A stretch of DNA of 49,737 nucleotides, the filler included, from Catajapyx aquilonaris (Eukaryota): NCBI GenBank assembly GCA_000934665.2. It is 3 parts of 3 records of this genome, joined end to end, with 100 filler letters (N's around TTAATTAATTAA, not from the genome) between each part and the next. Parts side by side here need not be neighbours in the genome. Positions count along the whole stretch, not along the records: positions 16,615 to 33,128 come from KZ539654.1; positions 33,229 to 49,737 come from JYFJ02007180.1; 1 more part is not named here. The stretch is one strand, 5' to 3'. Under the pieces are notes generated by a model that had not been told where the DNA came from, searched no databases, and worked only from the letters and a program-made list of their open reading frames with translations. Below are positions 22,522 through 34,452 of this stretch, in pieces (the first letter of the stretch is position 1; the number at the start of each line of letters is the position of its first letter). The position numbers were made by a program, and so were the translations under genes.

Positions 22522-23229
22522 TATATCAAAGTAACTATGTAGGATACTGTGTAACTGATTGTTTTGGTTAACATTTATGCCAAAATCTCCCAGCCATTAC
22601 AACAGGAATGGGATTAAGTTTTTTCCTCCAAACTGTAATTATCAAGAAGACGTATTGAAATTCAATTACATCATATATGATAATGTCCATCTGTTCTATG
22701 GCATTTAGATGCACTAGCAAGTGAAAAATACCTGTGATTCACTTTACAGCAGTCTAGAACCTAGTTCTCTGTGTTAGTGAGGTATATTTCCTCGAATAAC
22801 AGTCCAATTTTTGGAAGATTGTCATCATAAAAATGTTACCTGCTGAAATTAATGAGTTGATAGGCCTGCAGTGCAGCCTCAATGAGTGTCAGAGTTTTCC
22901 CTGTCCCAGGAGGTCCATAGATGATATATGGTAAAGGTCTGGCCTCTTCCTTTAGGATTCGTCTAACTGCATTCTTCTGTTGCTCATTCAGGTTTCCGTT
23001 CACCCAACAAAGAGGCACAGGACAGTTCAATCCTACTAACCAGTTTGATTTAAGAGCACGCATTAGGTAGGAATAGTCCCGGATGTGAAGGTTTGGCTTT
23101 CGCAGAGCCAGGGATGGACCAATCACTGGGGCAGTCACACACTGTGACTTCCATGATTGCAACTTCGAGTTGTCCCTGAAAAATGAGAATCAAGATTTTA
23201 AAACTTTTTAATCACTTGAAAATAGAGTA

Positions 23230-23505
23230 ATAATTCATACCCCGTTATCAGCCATCGGCTCTTTAGGGGGGAAGTTTGTTTTGTCTGGAACTCTTTGCTT
23301 TTCATTTTACTGCGCTCATTGGGATAGGATAGGGACGGAAGGAAGCGGCTGTGGCCTATTAATTACGGAAGCAACTGGAATTTTCCTGGAAGGACCGTGG
23401 GAAACCACAGAAAACCACGGTCAGAGTTGCCGGCCCCGGGATTCGAACCCAGGACCTCCCGATTAGCAGTCGGACGCCTTATCCACTATGCCAAGCTGCT
23501 TCGGT
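23230..23505 (-). mobile_element. tRNA-derived SINE, third family (intronic)
   Basis: Minus-strand head tggcatagtggataaggcgtccgactgctaatcgggaggtcctgggttcgaatccc (A and B boxes). 15-bp TSD cttgaaaatagagta at 23215-23229 and 23506-23520. Confidence 0.85.
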
Positions 23506-23739
23506 CTTGAAAATAGAGTATAGTTAAAACAATATTATACAGGGTGTTCCAAGTTCGTGGGTCGTTTTTAGTTATCACTAATATCACTAGAAGTAGTTAT
23601 TTTTGTGTCTTTGTTGCACCCCAATCCAGGTGCCTTAGTATATCAGATGGTCAAATATAGAAGTTTCCATAGAACAGGGCATCTGGTTAGTATGCAACAA
23701 GCTACAAAACGTAACAGCTTCTAGCAAAATTTCCTATAC

Positions 23740-24049
23740 ATTGTACTCCCAATTATCTGCTCTAATGAATGCGTGGATAATCGGAAAACATGGATAATCC
23801 GAAAGTGGCCCCAGACACCATAAAAATGAGCTATTCAGAGGATTTTTTATGTACGGTACTACTGTACAGAGTGTATGCTGCTTTAACTAGGGTTTAATCA
23901 AAATAATCAAACTTACCATGGATTTTTAATGTCTTATAAAAAAGTAAGTTAACTTATATTTTTTCTTTGCTAGACAAATTGACAATTTTTCGAACCTTCT
24001 TTTTTTGCCGATGAGCAGATAATCTGCACCTGGATAATCGGGAGTACAG
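23740..24049. mobile_element. pogo/Tigger-like MITE (diverged)
   Basis: tgtactcccaattatc ... gataatcgggagtaca inverted ends, with repeated ggataatc motifs. Confidence 0.6.
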
Positions 24050-25659
24050 TATCAGACAAACATTTTCCAGAAGTGAAACTAAAAATCTATCATAAGTTTT
24101 ATTATTTTTATTAAACCTTATTTAAATCATCATACACTGTGTACATTAGTTCATTTTATTTAGGACCCTTTTCGGATTATTATCTATAGTTTTCTGGTTA
24201 TCCAGGCATGCCAGTGTAGCATGGAAAATCTGGATCGCATTGTATGTTCATAGTTTGTTACAGAATATCTTACAAAATGAAATGACTCCCATACAACCTA
24301 TTACATTGTGGAGTATGATATTCCAAAGAGTCCATTCTACTAACCCTGGGGATGCTCCATCAGTTGCATCAGGTTCTGTGACATCTTTATACTTGACGTC
24401 CACAGCCCCATATTGCACAGGTTTCTGTGGTGCATCTGTCTCAGACACCATCTTCTTTGTAGTCTTGCAGACTTCCATGCCGTCAGCAGGACGGATGGTC
24501 AATTTCCCTGCACCATCCTTTGGCAACTGGATGGGAAGACAAGGTGCTTCGTTCCCTACCTCATTGAATGAGACCCTTGGCTGGCGGACCATAACTTGAG
24601 TTGGGAAAAGAATCTCCATGGGCAGGTTTTCCTCCAAGAGGCTGATGCCCTGGTGTAGTCGATGATACCAGCTCCTGTCCACCTCAAAAGACGAAGATGA
24701 CTGTGCGTGTAAATCCATTCTTAAAGCTAAATTCAGAAGACTCGAGAGATTTTGAACTAAAAATGAGTCACAAAAATTGCTCCAGTCAATCATTGTAGCA
24801 CAATCTAAAAGACATGATGATGTATAAGCACTTGCATATAATTAAGAATGGCTGTACTGTGCACTAGTGCAATCATGAAAGGATGTTAACTAAAGTGATT
24901 GAATTTTTTTATCAGAACCTGGTGAGAAGGGGAAATGCTTCTGAGTAACTTCTACTGCAGAAATGGATTCCAAGATGGGCCTCATCGAGTCGCAAACATC
25001 ATAGACTACTTGGATAGTAACATTGCGAATCAGCTAACGAATTCTGTTCATGTGTTGACTAACTTTTCTATTTATGCCTTGCAACTATAATAACATTAAA
25101 CTTTCAGATTTTGACACTGAGGCCATTGGATCAAGGACAACCCAGAAGGCCAGCAGTTATATGATATATAAGACTGCATAATCCAGATTCATTGTGACAT
25201 TTCCTTATGATGTTGCCAAAATAGTGGCATACTAAAAAAAGGAGCACATGGCTGTAGCAAACGGTAGCAAGACAGTTTAATGACATTGATGATGGTACAG
25301 TATAACTCAATAACAATCATTATGTAAAACTTGTTTTAAATACTTAAAATTCTTATCCACATTTTTCAGAGAGTTTGAACACTATTCTTCTATTGACTGA
25401 AATTGTACACCAACAACACCAAGGTGGAAAGGAACTAAGAAGAGGCACGAAAAGCAGACTTCACTGATGACATTTCTGCAGGTTAGAAACTGATGTTGGG
25501 GGATCTTATATAAATGACAGTGCAGAAATTTGATGATGTTCTATTTTCTTACAGTTAGATGAAGATTCGGAAACTGTGGCACAAGACAGGTCAGATTGGT
25601 ATCATGCAGCCATATCAATTTTGGGGTGGAGCAAACTCAACTGTGACCAACGCATTAAA

Positions 25660-26090
25660 CACTATGCCGCTATACACATCACTCAGGGTTAAGTATCCCC
25701 ACAGCTTGGCATACACTTAAAGGCATATGTAATGACTTAAGCATAGTGGGCTTAGTGGAAACATGGTCGGAAAAAGAGATTCACTCCCATTTTGTTCCTC
25801 TAACTACACCTTGTTCCAAAGCCCAGCACGTAGAGTCTTTAAATATGGGAGAGCCCCAGGCGGCCTTCTCCTGATAGTCTGAGATGCACTTAACCCCCGT
25901 CTGTTAGCCAAAAATGACCAGTTCATTGCGGTCGAAATTTTTGATAAATGGGGAGCTAAAATCCAAATTATTTTGACATACTGCCCACCTTCAATACCCC
26001 TAAACATCTCTCTGGAACCCATATGTAACCTGATTGAGGAGGCACTAGAGAGAGTACCAAATCACTCAAATCGAGTTATACTTGACACGA
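25660..26090 (+). mobile_element. Degenerate LINE apurinic-endonuclease fragment (may extend left to ~24720 as decayed ORF1/UTR)
   Basis: + strand broken frames read SIVGLVETWSEKE, then NYTLFQSPARRVFKYGRAPGGLLLIV*, then IQIILTYCPPS...RVIL. This is the ETW / GR..GG / Y.PP / pre-GDFN motif order of non-LTR APE domains. Confidence 0.7.
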
Positions 26091-28410
26091 AAAATTTTAG
26101 GTACTGCCACAGCTGTGACTCTGCGCAATATGGTAAAATTAGAAAATTCAAATCTGGCAACATCGTTGGTATTCCCAAAATTTGAAGGGTCACAAATCAG
26201 TTGGACAGTAACTGCTCGATGAGCAGGTACCATCAAGTGGGAGACTAAGTCAGTATCATACACCTTAAAATCCTTTCCAGAGGGAAATGTGATATTATAG
26301 AGCACAACATGATCATCAGTGGTGTTAGTTATTTCAATCTCCCTGGCTCCAGCCCGCCCAACCTGTATGGTCTCAAAGTTCACTAGGTATGGCAGGATCC
26401 GAATTCCCCTGTTTTCATCACTGTTTGGCAAAATGACCCCAGCTATTGGTGGGGTCTGATCTTTCTTTTCCTCTGGACTCTGAGCATCCCCTGCTGTTGC
26501 TGCTGCTTCATTGCTAGCCTCAATACCTTCAATTGTTGGAACACATTTTTCGGGTTCTGATTTCAATCCTGGCGAAGGGTCAACAATAATCTCAACCTGC
26601 TTAATATTGATGACGCGCCATGTGTGGTTGCCCTGGGTACTCTCAATGGCAACCACTTCCACCATATCCCTAATTCTGGGGATGTACGCCTTAGACACTG
26701 CTCGATGAAAGACAAACTTGTTGTCAACAAGGCCAAAGTCTTTGTTGACAGCTGTCACCATTCCTTTGCATTTTTTGACCTGGCTTGCTTGTGCACCATG
26801 CACTTGCAGAATATTCTTGATATGTGATGTCCCTGGGACAAAGGCGCAGGTTAAGTCCAATAGCAGCCAGTCACCTGCACCAAGAAAAAAAAAACTTTAA
26901 CATGATACTCAACCCATCCAATCATTTTGGATGAGTAATTGATGGGTAGACACATTCACAGAAGGTCTTTGAACTCTAGAACTGCGAGGTACAATTTTTT
27001 GTCCTTTTCTATGATGTGAAACTAGCGACCAATTTCAATATGTCCAATATTTGCTACCATGCACAGCCAACAATAATATCACAGAAGCTTATCATTAAAT
27101 ATTCATCTACTTGATGCAAGTTGTTATAATACAAATATCAATTTTAATTAAAGGTTTTTTGTCACAAAGCTGCTTATTTTAAGTTACTTTTTAACAGACA
27201 CTTCTAACCATTATTTTTTTAAATGGTCATCGCCTGGAGGAGACATAGTAAGCATGCTGGAAGCATTATGATTACTAAACTGGAACATTTCATCATATCT
27301 CAAATAATGGTTGCAACATGCAAAACTTGGGTGTCCCCAGGTCCTATTCCTGATAACAAATGAAGACCCATCTGACTCACCTGGTACAATCCTGGGTAGT
27401 CCAAATTGAGTGAGATCCAGGGACCCCCTGAATTCTCCAAGGATGATTCTGGCATACTTGTCTCCAGCTTCCTCAACCTTTCCCTGCATCTCTCTTCGAC
27501 CCTCTTCAACCACCTCCTCCTCTTCATCCTCTTCCTTCTCCACCCAAGTGTGCCCCACCACTTCAATAATCTCCTTCACTTGCCACATTTCAGTAGGAGA
27601 TGATCGGGTCCTGACAAATCTAACCTCATCTCCCATCTTCACTGTCATGCCTGGGACCGGGTAATAAAAATGCATCTTGCTGTTTATCATTCCATAGGCA
27701 CCATCAATCAAAGTCACAATTCCAGTGACTGTTTCTTCTTCCAGTCCACCATCATCAATAGGCTCCTGCTTCTCTTCGGAAGCCTCTATTGGGGCTTGCA
27801 TCTCCCCCACAGCAGATTTCCAAATCATGGACTTCAAACTGCGAAACGCGTGCAGGAACATTTTTCGTTTCTTTTTATCCGGCTGGTTGAGTTGCAGTTT
27901 CACTGATTGTTGTTCTCAAGCACAGGTGCCTAAGGAACAGCAACAGGGGATTACAGTTAAGAAGTAACTTGTAAATATTTTGTAATTGAGCAACCTATAG
28001 GACACAGCTCAACAGAACAAATGGCAGCAAAGAAAGGCTGCTCAGCTTTCAGTACACTGGGGTCTGAGGGGTGTGGATGAGATAGAAAATCAGGTTGACC
28101 TTACACATACACTGCACATTGCACAACCTTCCCACTAATTACCTGGCAGTACTCGTCAGCAGACATGTCTTGCTGCTGTGGGTGACACGGGGGGCTGGCA
28201 GTCAGGAGGGGCGGCCCCTGGGTTTGTGCCTCCGTGGTAGCGAAGACTTCTGCAATGAGGGAAGAGTGGCAAGACATGGTGGGTTAGGCAGCCACACACT
28301 ATTTCGGGACTGACTCGTGGTTTACTTGTACGGGGCAAATTAGGAGGACAAAGCTGCTTACTATCAAGCAGTTATTCTTGCAGAGTTACTTTTGGTGCTT
28401 ATCGCATGTA

Positions 28411-28577
28411 CCGCAAAACCTCGATATAACGCTCTTCAAGGGACGACTGCCCAAAAGTAGTTTTGTAAGAAGCATAGCGTTTGTGTGGGAAAATTTACCA
28501 TATGGAAATAATTATCAAGGGACCAGTTAAAAGCGGGAAAGCATTATATGCGGGAACGTTATATCGAGGTTTTGCTG
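28411..28577. mobile_element. pogo/Tigger-type MITE
   Basis: ta|ccgcaaaacctcgatataac ... gttatatcgaggttttgctg|ta. Confidence 0.8.
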
Positions 28578-28606
28578 TATTAGCTACTAATATTATGCCA
28601 AATTGA

Positions 28607-28870
28607 GGGTGACACTGTGGCCGAATGGTTAGCGCCGCAGCCTTCCACCTCTAGGTCCCGAGTTCGATCCCTGGGTCGGACGGAGGATACTTATGTGGAT
28701 AGAGTTTTGATGGGTTCTCTCCGTGTTCGCGTGGGTTTTCTCGGGGTTCTCCTGTTTCCTCCCACTATCAAAATTCATCACATTACAGGCAAATGATTAA
28801 AGTCGAATATTCAAAAGATGATCCCCTAAGAAGACCAATGGGCCTATCACGGGGTATCCATTATTATTAT
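28607..28870 (+). mobile_element. tRNA-derived SINE with V-domain-like core, copy 3
   Basis: Near-identical to 14278 and 22260. (TTA)n tail. TSD tattatgccaaattga. Confidence 0.9.
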
Positions 28871-31078
28871 TATTATGCCAAATTGAATCACGCACCAAGC
28901 TCTGATGCAATGAATTTACGATTTTAAAATGGGAGATTTGAACAATAGGCATCAGAATTAATTTTTGCAAGCATGTACCCCATGTACCATTTTTCAGGCT
29001 TCATGTAACATAACATCAGTATCCAATACTTTCGATGACCACTAAGAGCAACTAAGAGTAACTGTGCTTAATTATTATAAGCATTTGAGTAAGAAATAAT
29101 GTAACAGCTATTACAACACAGCAGTGATTATACGTATATTGTATTACAGTCATGATTGTCGGCTTTTTCCATTCATTCATTCATTACACTCAAGGCATAT
29201 TCCCAAGATGGGGTTACCAGCGATTACCAGGTACAGTCAACCTGGCCATCTCGTACGACCAGTTTAATGAATCCTCTAGTGACTGGTCAGGCCATGCAGA
29301 GGATATAATGGATAGGATGATAATGAAAAGGATGACATGAATACATACAGACACACAAACACTCGCATAATGTACACATATAAACATACAAAAATTCATA
29401 TTCAAAATATGCAAAAACAATGTCAGCTTTTTCCAACGTGTATTATTGATTCATCAAAAATTGGCACTGACATCACGAGTCTATAGCTGTTCATTTCAAT
29501 CTTGAAAATAAATTGTTGACAATGTGACGTCATTGTCATCATCGAGTTGAGGAATCACAAGCCTAGCATTGCGATGCACGCTTATTTGGCACTAATGAAT
29601 ATTCACGAAGCTCCTATCACTTGCAAATATGTGTCGTCCAGCTGCTAATTCCGGTTCAACCATTAATCAAATCATTTCCAGATTGCTGGACTTAGTCTGG
29701 ACTTGTTCCATTATTAGGTTGTTCATATTTCGCACAATGAGGTTGAATCATGTGCAGTCCATTCGTTTGATATTCCAACAGAATAGGTCATCCTAGTGTC
29801 ATGAAAAATGATCCCAAAGCATTTCGAATGGACCAAATCCAGTTCCCCACTGCACTGCTCTGGTTGGAGCCACAGTGCAATGGCGGGTCCCCAATCCTGG
29901 TGCCCTTCTGGCTCCCTGAACCAGTGTTCCTACTTCCTCCCCACCATACACTGCATCCCCCACCCCCCAGTGATGATTACCTTGCTATATATTGTCGATG
30001 GTGCTGGATGGACGCTTGATGGAAGTCGCCAAGGGTATGCTTCCTGGCACCGAGGGCAACCCAGCTCAACCTAGATAAGAGAGCCTCCCTAGCTCAGCCC
30101 AGAAAAACCAAAATGGCGGAAGGAAAAACCGTTGGAGCTGGGCAAGAGGGAGCTGGGGGGTGGGGGGTGCTTGGGGGTGGGGGGAGTAATGATCACATAG
30201 CAGTGCTTTTGCCACCATAACTTAATAATAGCTACATCAATGAAGTAGGCTATATTAATTTAAGATAATGGCTTACTCTCAGTCACACGCCCAACTGAAT
30301 ATCTCAACTAATTCTCAAATATAATATTCCCCCCGTTATAATAGGGTAATATCTTGCACACATATTCTTTTACAGCAATATTCAACCATATTTGTTGAAG
30401 ACAACATACTGTACTGTCATATATTATCTATTCAGCTCATGGTGTACTGTACAGTAGGCTACACTCTTTCTAATAAGAGTTTTACACCTGTGCCACTGTC
30501 ATTATTGCGACAGATATCATGTGCCGTGACCAATGTTCCCGGCTCATTACATGTAACTTAGTACTCAAGTTAGTCAAGTAGACAAAATACTTCCTTTGGT
30601 TACGTACGTGAGTAACCTAAATAATTGATGGAATATGGAACTAACTAACTCGTATAAGTTGCATCTCAAATCACGAATATACTTTCAGTTGGAACACCCT
30701 GCATTTAAAATATTTACATCGTTAGGTTTATCGCTGACTACCTTTTCATGATGTAAATGTCGGGATGGGTTGCATTACGAATCATGTGCAGGAAAACAAC
30801 TTTATCGTCGATATAGGCTACATTAGGCCTATACTAACTAAGTTATACAGTACATTCAATGATTCCGACTTTCAGTTACAGCTGCGGTTATAGGTCATTG
30901 TTTCATTTTCCAATCATTAATAATTAAAAAGCTGGAAACCAATGCACTGATGATGTGTTTTTCTAGACGAAATAATACTGCATATCAGATCCTGCAGTGA
31001 CGTATTTAGGTTTTTGCCGCCCATAGGCATAGCCTTATCGCCCCCCCCCCCCTCCTCCCACACACACGCACGCACACA

Positions 31079-31352
31079 GGCGCGCATTCCTATCCTTGTG
31101 AGGTTTTTCCAAAAATTTTAATTTAAAACTAACCTAACCTAACCTAACCTAACCTACAAGGAAACATACGAAATTTTGGTGAAATATATTTTTACTGTCT
31201 TTATGAGGTATTACTTCGATTTTACCCTATCCTTGTGAGGCGTGTGTACATTACACTATGAGGTACAGGAAAACTATCTCGTAATGACAAAATTCCTCAC
31301 AAGGATAGGAAAAACGCGTAAAAAATTCATCACAAGGATAGCAAGACGCGTC
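31079..31352. mobile_element. Small TIR element containing a short (AACCT)n tract
   Basis: ggcgcgcattcctatccttgtga ... tcacaaggatagcaagacgcgtcc. ctatccttgtga occurs twice on each strand, and aacct x5 is at 31131-31155. Confidence 0.6.
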
Positions 31353-32910
31353 CACAGACACTGGCTGATTTTTAGGTCCGAGATTAGGAAAATTCCGAAA
31401 TTTGCGGATTTCAAGGCCAAATATCTCGAAAATTGTTATTTCATATAATTTGAAATTTTGGTCATGGATACTCCTACTAGTAACTTAGCAAAATCCAGTG
31501 AATTTCATCTTGGGGTTTACACTTTTATGCCGCTCCAAGAGTCCAAGGTGAATCGGCCGATGCACAGACCAGTAAGGTCGAAAATCGCGTGTAGATCCTG
31601 CACAGTTCCCGACTGTCCTAGGGGGGAAGGGTGCACGCGACTTTTGCCCTTACTGGTCTCAAGCATCGGGCGATTCATCTTGGGGCGGCACATGAACGGT
31701 GACGCCACGTATTACATATTTTCACGCGCTCTAAATTTTCTCCCCCCTAAAATTTGCCTCCCTAGGCACGTGCATACTCGGCCTATTGGGTAATACACCC
31801 CTGGATCCCTGCATAGGTGATAAGCTGACCTTCACAACGACACTCGTGACGTACTCTTGGTCGGCCCAAAAGCATTTCCAGCAACACATCACAAGCAGTC
31901 TACAGCAGGCGCGTAGCTATGGGGGGGGGGGGGGTGTCNTGTAGAGAGAAAAATGGGAAGATACGCGAAGAGAAATTGCAAAAATGAAAGAAATATAAAT
32001 AAATAAAGCAAGTGCAACTATCGATATAGAAATGGAGTATTAACTCAAAGCTCTCAATCTCTTTAAGATTACAGCTCTAATTTCAAATAATATTATCAAT
32101 ATTATGTAAATAATATTCTGTGCACATCGTAATTCCGAGCAATAGTTTGAATGGTGCGCATGTCTGGCTGACATGCGTGGAAGCAATGGCGGAGGATTCC
32201 CCGCGAATCCCTGGGAGCCCAGTCAGCCGGATGTGGACCAGTCACTACCAAAGTGATAATTATGTCGCGCAGACATACCACTCTAAGCATGCATGAATTT
32301 TCAGTACATCTACTGGCCCCTACGCATCCGCTGGGTCTGGGATGGCATCAGTTGCATCGCACTATGTTGCAGCGCGGAGGGCCATAGGTAGAATGAAGCG
32401 GTTATTCGGTCGAAGTGGGGGGGGAGGGGGGGGAAGGCAGATTTCTCGTGACCCACACAATCTACAATTCCACACCCTANGGGGGGAAGGGGGGGGAGGC
32501 TTTCTGTTCGGCCCGACGTTCTGCCTCATATTAAGTTATTATTTTTGATAACTACTAAAAATAACGGTTCGAAAGCAACTGCTTAATAATAAACAGCTTA
32601 GGGACACTATCCAAGGGTCACTCGCCGATTTTCTTGAAATTCGGTGCATTGGTAGCCCACCCCAAGGGATGAAAAACGCACCTAAAGTTACCTGGTCAAA
32701 ATGATCCTGTGACTCATTTTTGAGGGGGCCAAAGGTCAACTCGTAATAAAATTCCGACATCACCGATTTTCATGAAATTCGGTGCAGGTTGGATTTATAA
32801 AGAATGACATTTTCTCAGGACATATTTATGTCAATAAAGCAGTGTTTGACACAAACAAAATGATGTCAAATACTGGACAAAACGTACCTTAAGTGAAACA
32901 AAAAACAAGA

Positions 32911-33128
32911 GAGTCATTCCATGTCAAATCATCAAATAAATAATAAGTTTTGGATTTTGATGTCATGGATTTGGCTAATTTTTGGGAGACCTGTTCCTTC
33001 CCATCTGACATGGACAAAAATATATTTGAATTTTTTTTCCTGTCATCGGTTTTTGAATTTTGGAATGTTCAATAATTGCAAAACCTCCCAAAAACCGCTC
33101 ACCGACAAACCTTTAAATATGATTTCCC
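32911..33128. mobile_element. Terminus of a Sola2-like element, truncated by the gap
   Basis: Begins gagtcattccatgtca, matching the terminus at 10208 (gggtcattccatgtca). Confidence 0.5.
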
Positions 33129-33228
33129 NNNNNNNNNNNNNNNNNNNNNNNNNNNNNNNNNNNNNNNNNNNNTTAATTAATTAANNNNNNNNNNNNNNNN
33201 NNNNNNNNNNNNNNNNNNNNNNNNNNNN
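33129..33228. other. Assembly gap with artificial TTAATTAATTAA linker
   Basis: N-run / ttaattaattaa / N-run. It truncates IR copy 1. Confidence 0.9.
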
Positions 33229-34452
33229 ACTTGACGTCAGGCCTTGGATGTCTGGTGGCAAAGGACAAATGGAAGTAAATGTAAGGTGTAGGCAAAACTG
33301 TAGCTCTGATTGAATTTTCAGTATAATACTGGACCAGTGACCAGTCGATTTGTCCAGAACATAAGGCTGCTGTGAATCCAGAGTATGATCCATTAGGGTA
33401 GAAGTCCTCAGGCGTAAATTCAGGCACAACTACTTTGATGGTTATATTGTACATCTTCTCAACAGCCAGGAGAGATATCTCCTCCATAGACAGGCTGGCC
33501 GGGTCATGAGCCAGTTTCCGAGCTCGATCCATGTCAACTGATTCAAAGTGACCTAGAATCAGCTTGCGACCATGCAGGTTCATGTTTGGGATTGGAAAGA
33601 ACTGATCTGGATTAAGACTCTTGTGCTTTGGGTACATGATTGGTGTATTGATCTTGTGATCAGCTGCATTGCAATTGTAACATACATTGTGCAGGACCAG
33701 CTGTGCAGATTTCTTGTCATACTGTGACATGATCTTGTAAGTGATTCCTCTTGTTGGGTTTTGCAGCATGATTGCTTCAGGATTGGATCCGGATCGGACG
33801 TGGATCAGCGTCGGATCGACCAGGTGGTGAAACCTAAATGTGGAGGCTGCATGCAGCACCAACTGAGACACCTTGCTAGGAGACGTTGCCAGGAGGATGT
33901 TGAAAGCGCATTTCCCACCATTCCAGTCTTCGCTGAGCAAGTCCACAGGCATGGTCCGAAACGAGTAGAGGTGTTCCTCTTTCCATATGGTCGGATAATC
34001 AGAGTAAGACACATGGAAACTGGCCTGCATGTGACTGATGATGACCAGTTGGTACAGAATGGACTGGTGGTGGATGATGCCTTGAAGGGCTGTACTCAGG
34101 ACCTTCTCGTCGGTGTCCAGGTTCATGAAGCAACCAGGAAAAATATGCTGTTGCAGGTGCTGCGTTATAAAGTCTGCCACTAGCGTATCTTCCTCAAGCT
34201 GCTGTTGCACCAGAACTATCTGTTCAGCGAAGCAATGAAGCAGAACTTTGTACAAAAATGGTTGTTGAGTTACATTATATAGCAATCCATGCAAAAATCA
34301 AATGTGTAATTTTAAAATATACTGTATGCTTCATATATGTAATGCATGCGTGCATTTTAAATGTTTTCTGTCAGTAGTATATAATCACAGGCCCTTACCG
34401 ATCTAGAACTGGAAGTAACCAAGAGAAACAACAGCATCGCCTGGAGCATCAT
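33229..34452 (-). CDS. Divergent ionotropic receptor (IR), copy 1; 3' half lost in the gap
   Basis: Signal-peptide exon 34452-34399 (MMLQAMLLFLLVTSSSRS|gtaagg), phase-0 intron, acceptor ...gctgaacAG at 34219. Exon 2 is open up to the gap and differs from copy 2 at about 15 of ~330 residues by my count. Confidence 0.8.

Larger units (their letters stand above)
19388..27861 (-). pseudogene. armi: Armitage/MOV10L1-like SF1 (UPF1-like) RNA helicase, disrupted
   Basis: Inferred exons: 27861-27381, 26874-~26095, ~24700-24345, 23175-22840, 22228-22153, 21525-19867 (interrupted by two insertions) and 19677-19388. All recognisable GT/AG junctions are phase-compatible. Motifs: N-terminal OB-like repeats (VPGDWLLL, GMVTAVNKDFGLVD), [128 protein letters not shown]. 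Lesions: frameshifts at ~21342, ~21280, ~19607 and ~19403, MITE and SINE insertions, a LINE replacing the middle, and no motif V/VI exons found. Confidence 0.88.

Noticed and set aside
23430..23505. tRNA gene with a GCT anticodon loop (and tRNA-like heads at 14278, 19919, 22260, 28607)
   Set aside because: Each is followed by a SINE body and flanked by a TSD, and I could not form a proper acceptor stem. They are SINE heads, not tRNA genes.
31131..31155. (AACCT)5 as an arthropod TTAGG telomere or telomeric retroelement target
   Set aside because: Only five units, internal to a small TIR element, with no adjacent SART/TRAS-like ORF.
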